DNA from: Eledone cirrhosa
Taxonomy: Eukaryota
Assembly: GCA_964016885.1 (NCBI GenBank)
Contig: OZ024754.1
Coordinates: 21,142,001 to 21,206,000, forward strand
Reading direction: 5' to 3'
Length of the DNA: 64,000 nt
Shown: one piece after another, positions 62,774 to 64,000 of the stretch
Position numbering within the stretch: the first letter of the stretch is position 1
Layout: every line of letters starts with the position of its first letter
Made by a program: the position numbers and the translations under genes
Notes under the pieces: generated by a model
Database searches by the model: none
Seen by the model: only the letters and a program-made list of their open reading frames with translations
Told to the model about the DNA's origin: nothing

Positions 62774-63872
62774 TATATCAACTAGAAATTGATTGACATA
62801 CATATATATTTAAAATAAACACATGAAACAATCACAGAGGATAATTTGTAAAGTGTGTAATAACACATAGCTAGGTAGGTAACTAATTAAAGTTTAACTA
62901 GAGCTTCAAATATTACCTTTTAAAAAATGATTAATCTTCCTTGTATATATTTCATTAAGGAAATATATTTCACCATTAATCCGTAAAGTCACAGTAGTCA
63001 AATCCTGGATCTTCAGCAAGGGAGAAGATTTAACTATCTGTGTTTACACATCAAATGCAAATCTGCGAGTGACCCATCGCCCGTGTTGCAATTCTAAAAC
63101 TGCTGACAACATGCTAGCGTCATCCTAGTGGCGTGAATAGGGTGATCGACTGCTATAAATAGCAGCCGAGTCCTTTCAACTGAGTTAGCTCTACAATTAA
63201 GGAGCCGTGTATATATCCAACATTAATTTAATTAAATTAAATTAAGGAATCGGCTGCTATTTATAGCTGTCGATCACCCCATTCACGCCACTAGGATGAC
63301 GCTAGCATGTTGTTAGTAGTTTTAGAATTGCAACATGTGCGATGGGTCATCCTAGTGGCATGAATGGGGTGATCGACAGCTATAAATAGCAGCCGATTCC
63401 TTAATTTAATTTAATTAAATTAATTTTGGATATATACACGGCTCCTTAATTGTAGAGCTAACTCAGTTGAAAGGACTCGGCTGCTATTTATAGCAGTCGA
63501 TCACCCTATTCACGCCACTAGGATGACGCTAGCATGTTGTTAGCAGTTTTAGAATTGCAACACGGGCGATGGGTCACCCGCAGATTTGCATTTGATGTGT
63601 AAACACAGATAGTTAAATCTTCTCCCTTGCTGAAGATCCAGGATTTGACTACTGTGACTTTACGGATTAATGGTGAAATATATTTCCTTAATGAAATATA
63701 TACAAGGAAGATTAATCATTTTTTAAAAGGTAATATTTGAAGCTCTAGTTAAACTTTAATTAGTTACCTACCTAGCTATGTGTTATTACACACTTTACAA
63801 ATTATCCCCTGTGATTGTTTCATGTGTTTATTTTAAATATATATATATGTCAATCAATTTCTAGTTGATATA
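62774..63872. repeat. 1.1-kb near-perfect palindrome (527-bp arms, 45-bp spacer) with nested ~100-bp inverted modules
   Basis: 62774-63300 pairs with 63346-63872 with only a handful of mismatches; the module at 63070-63169 is also inverted at 63250-63349. Confidence 0.95.
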
Positions 63873-64000
63873 AAATGCTCGGATCTATTCATTGGAATCT
63901 TTGAGCTTATTCTACGGTGGATATGGCGCATGTCTCGGACATGACTCCCTTAATTTAATTTAATTAAATTAATTTTGGATATATATATATCAATGATATT

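Noticed and set aside
63110-63120. CATGCTAGC shared between the palindrome module and the RTE tail
   Set aside because: Only 9 bp with no flanking similarity; chance is plausible

Overview
Eukaryotic (animal) genomic DNA. The SINE/RTE repertoire resembles that of Octopus/cephalopods, but this is inference. Bases 1-~40805 are one uninterrupted satellite array of 34/36-bp monomers (roughly 1,150-1,200 copies) organised into several nested higher-order repeats; every ORF called there is a repeat artefact. The remaining 23 kb holds a complete 8-exon minus-strand gene that I spliced by hand into a 374-aa CFAP36/CCDC104 (ARL3-binding BART-like ciliary protein), with RFX X-box motifs upstream and in intron 1. 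Its introns carry two decayed near-full-length RTE LINEs, several tRNA-derived SINEs, a head-to-tail non-autonomous Helitron dimer, two piggyBac-like TTAA MITEs, an L1/Tx1-like 3' fragment and minisatellites. Three (TA)n-anchored inverted duplications also occur, including a 1.1-kb nested palindrome just upstream of the gene. I see no convincing novel protein-coding system. The best candidates for something undescribed are the HOR-structured, strand-asymmetric satellite, the nested palindrome, and the retroelement-derived and splice-site minisatellites.
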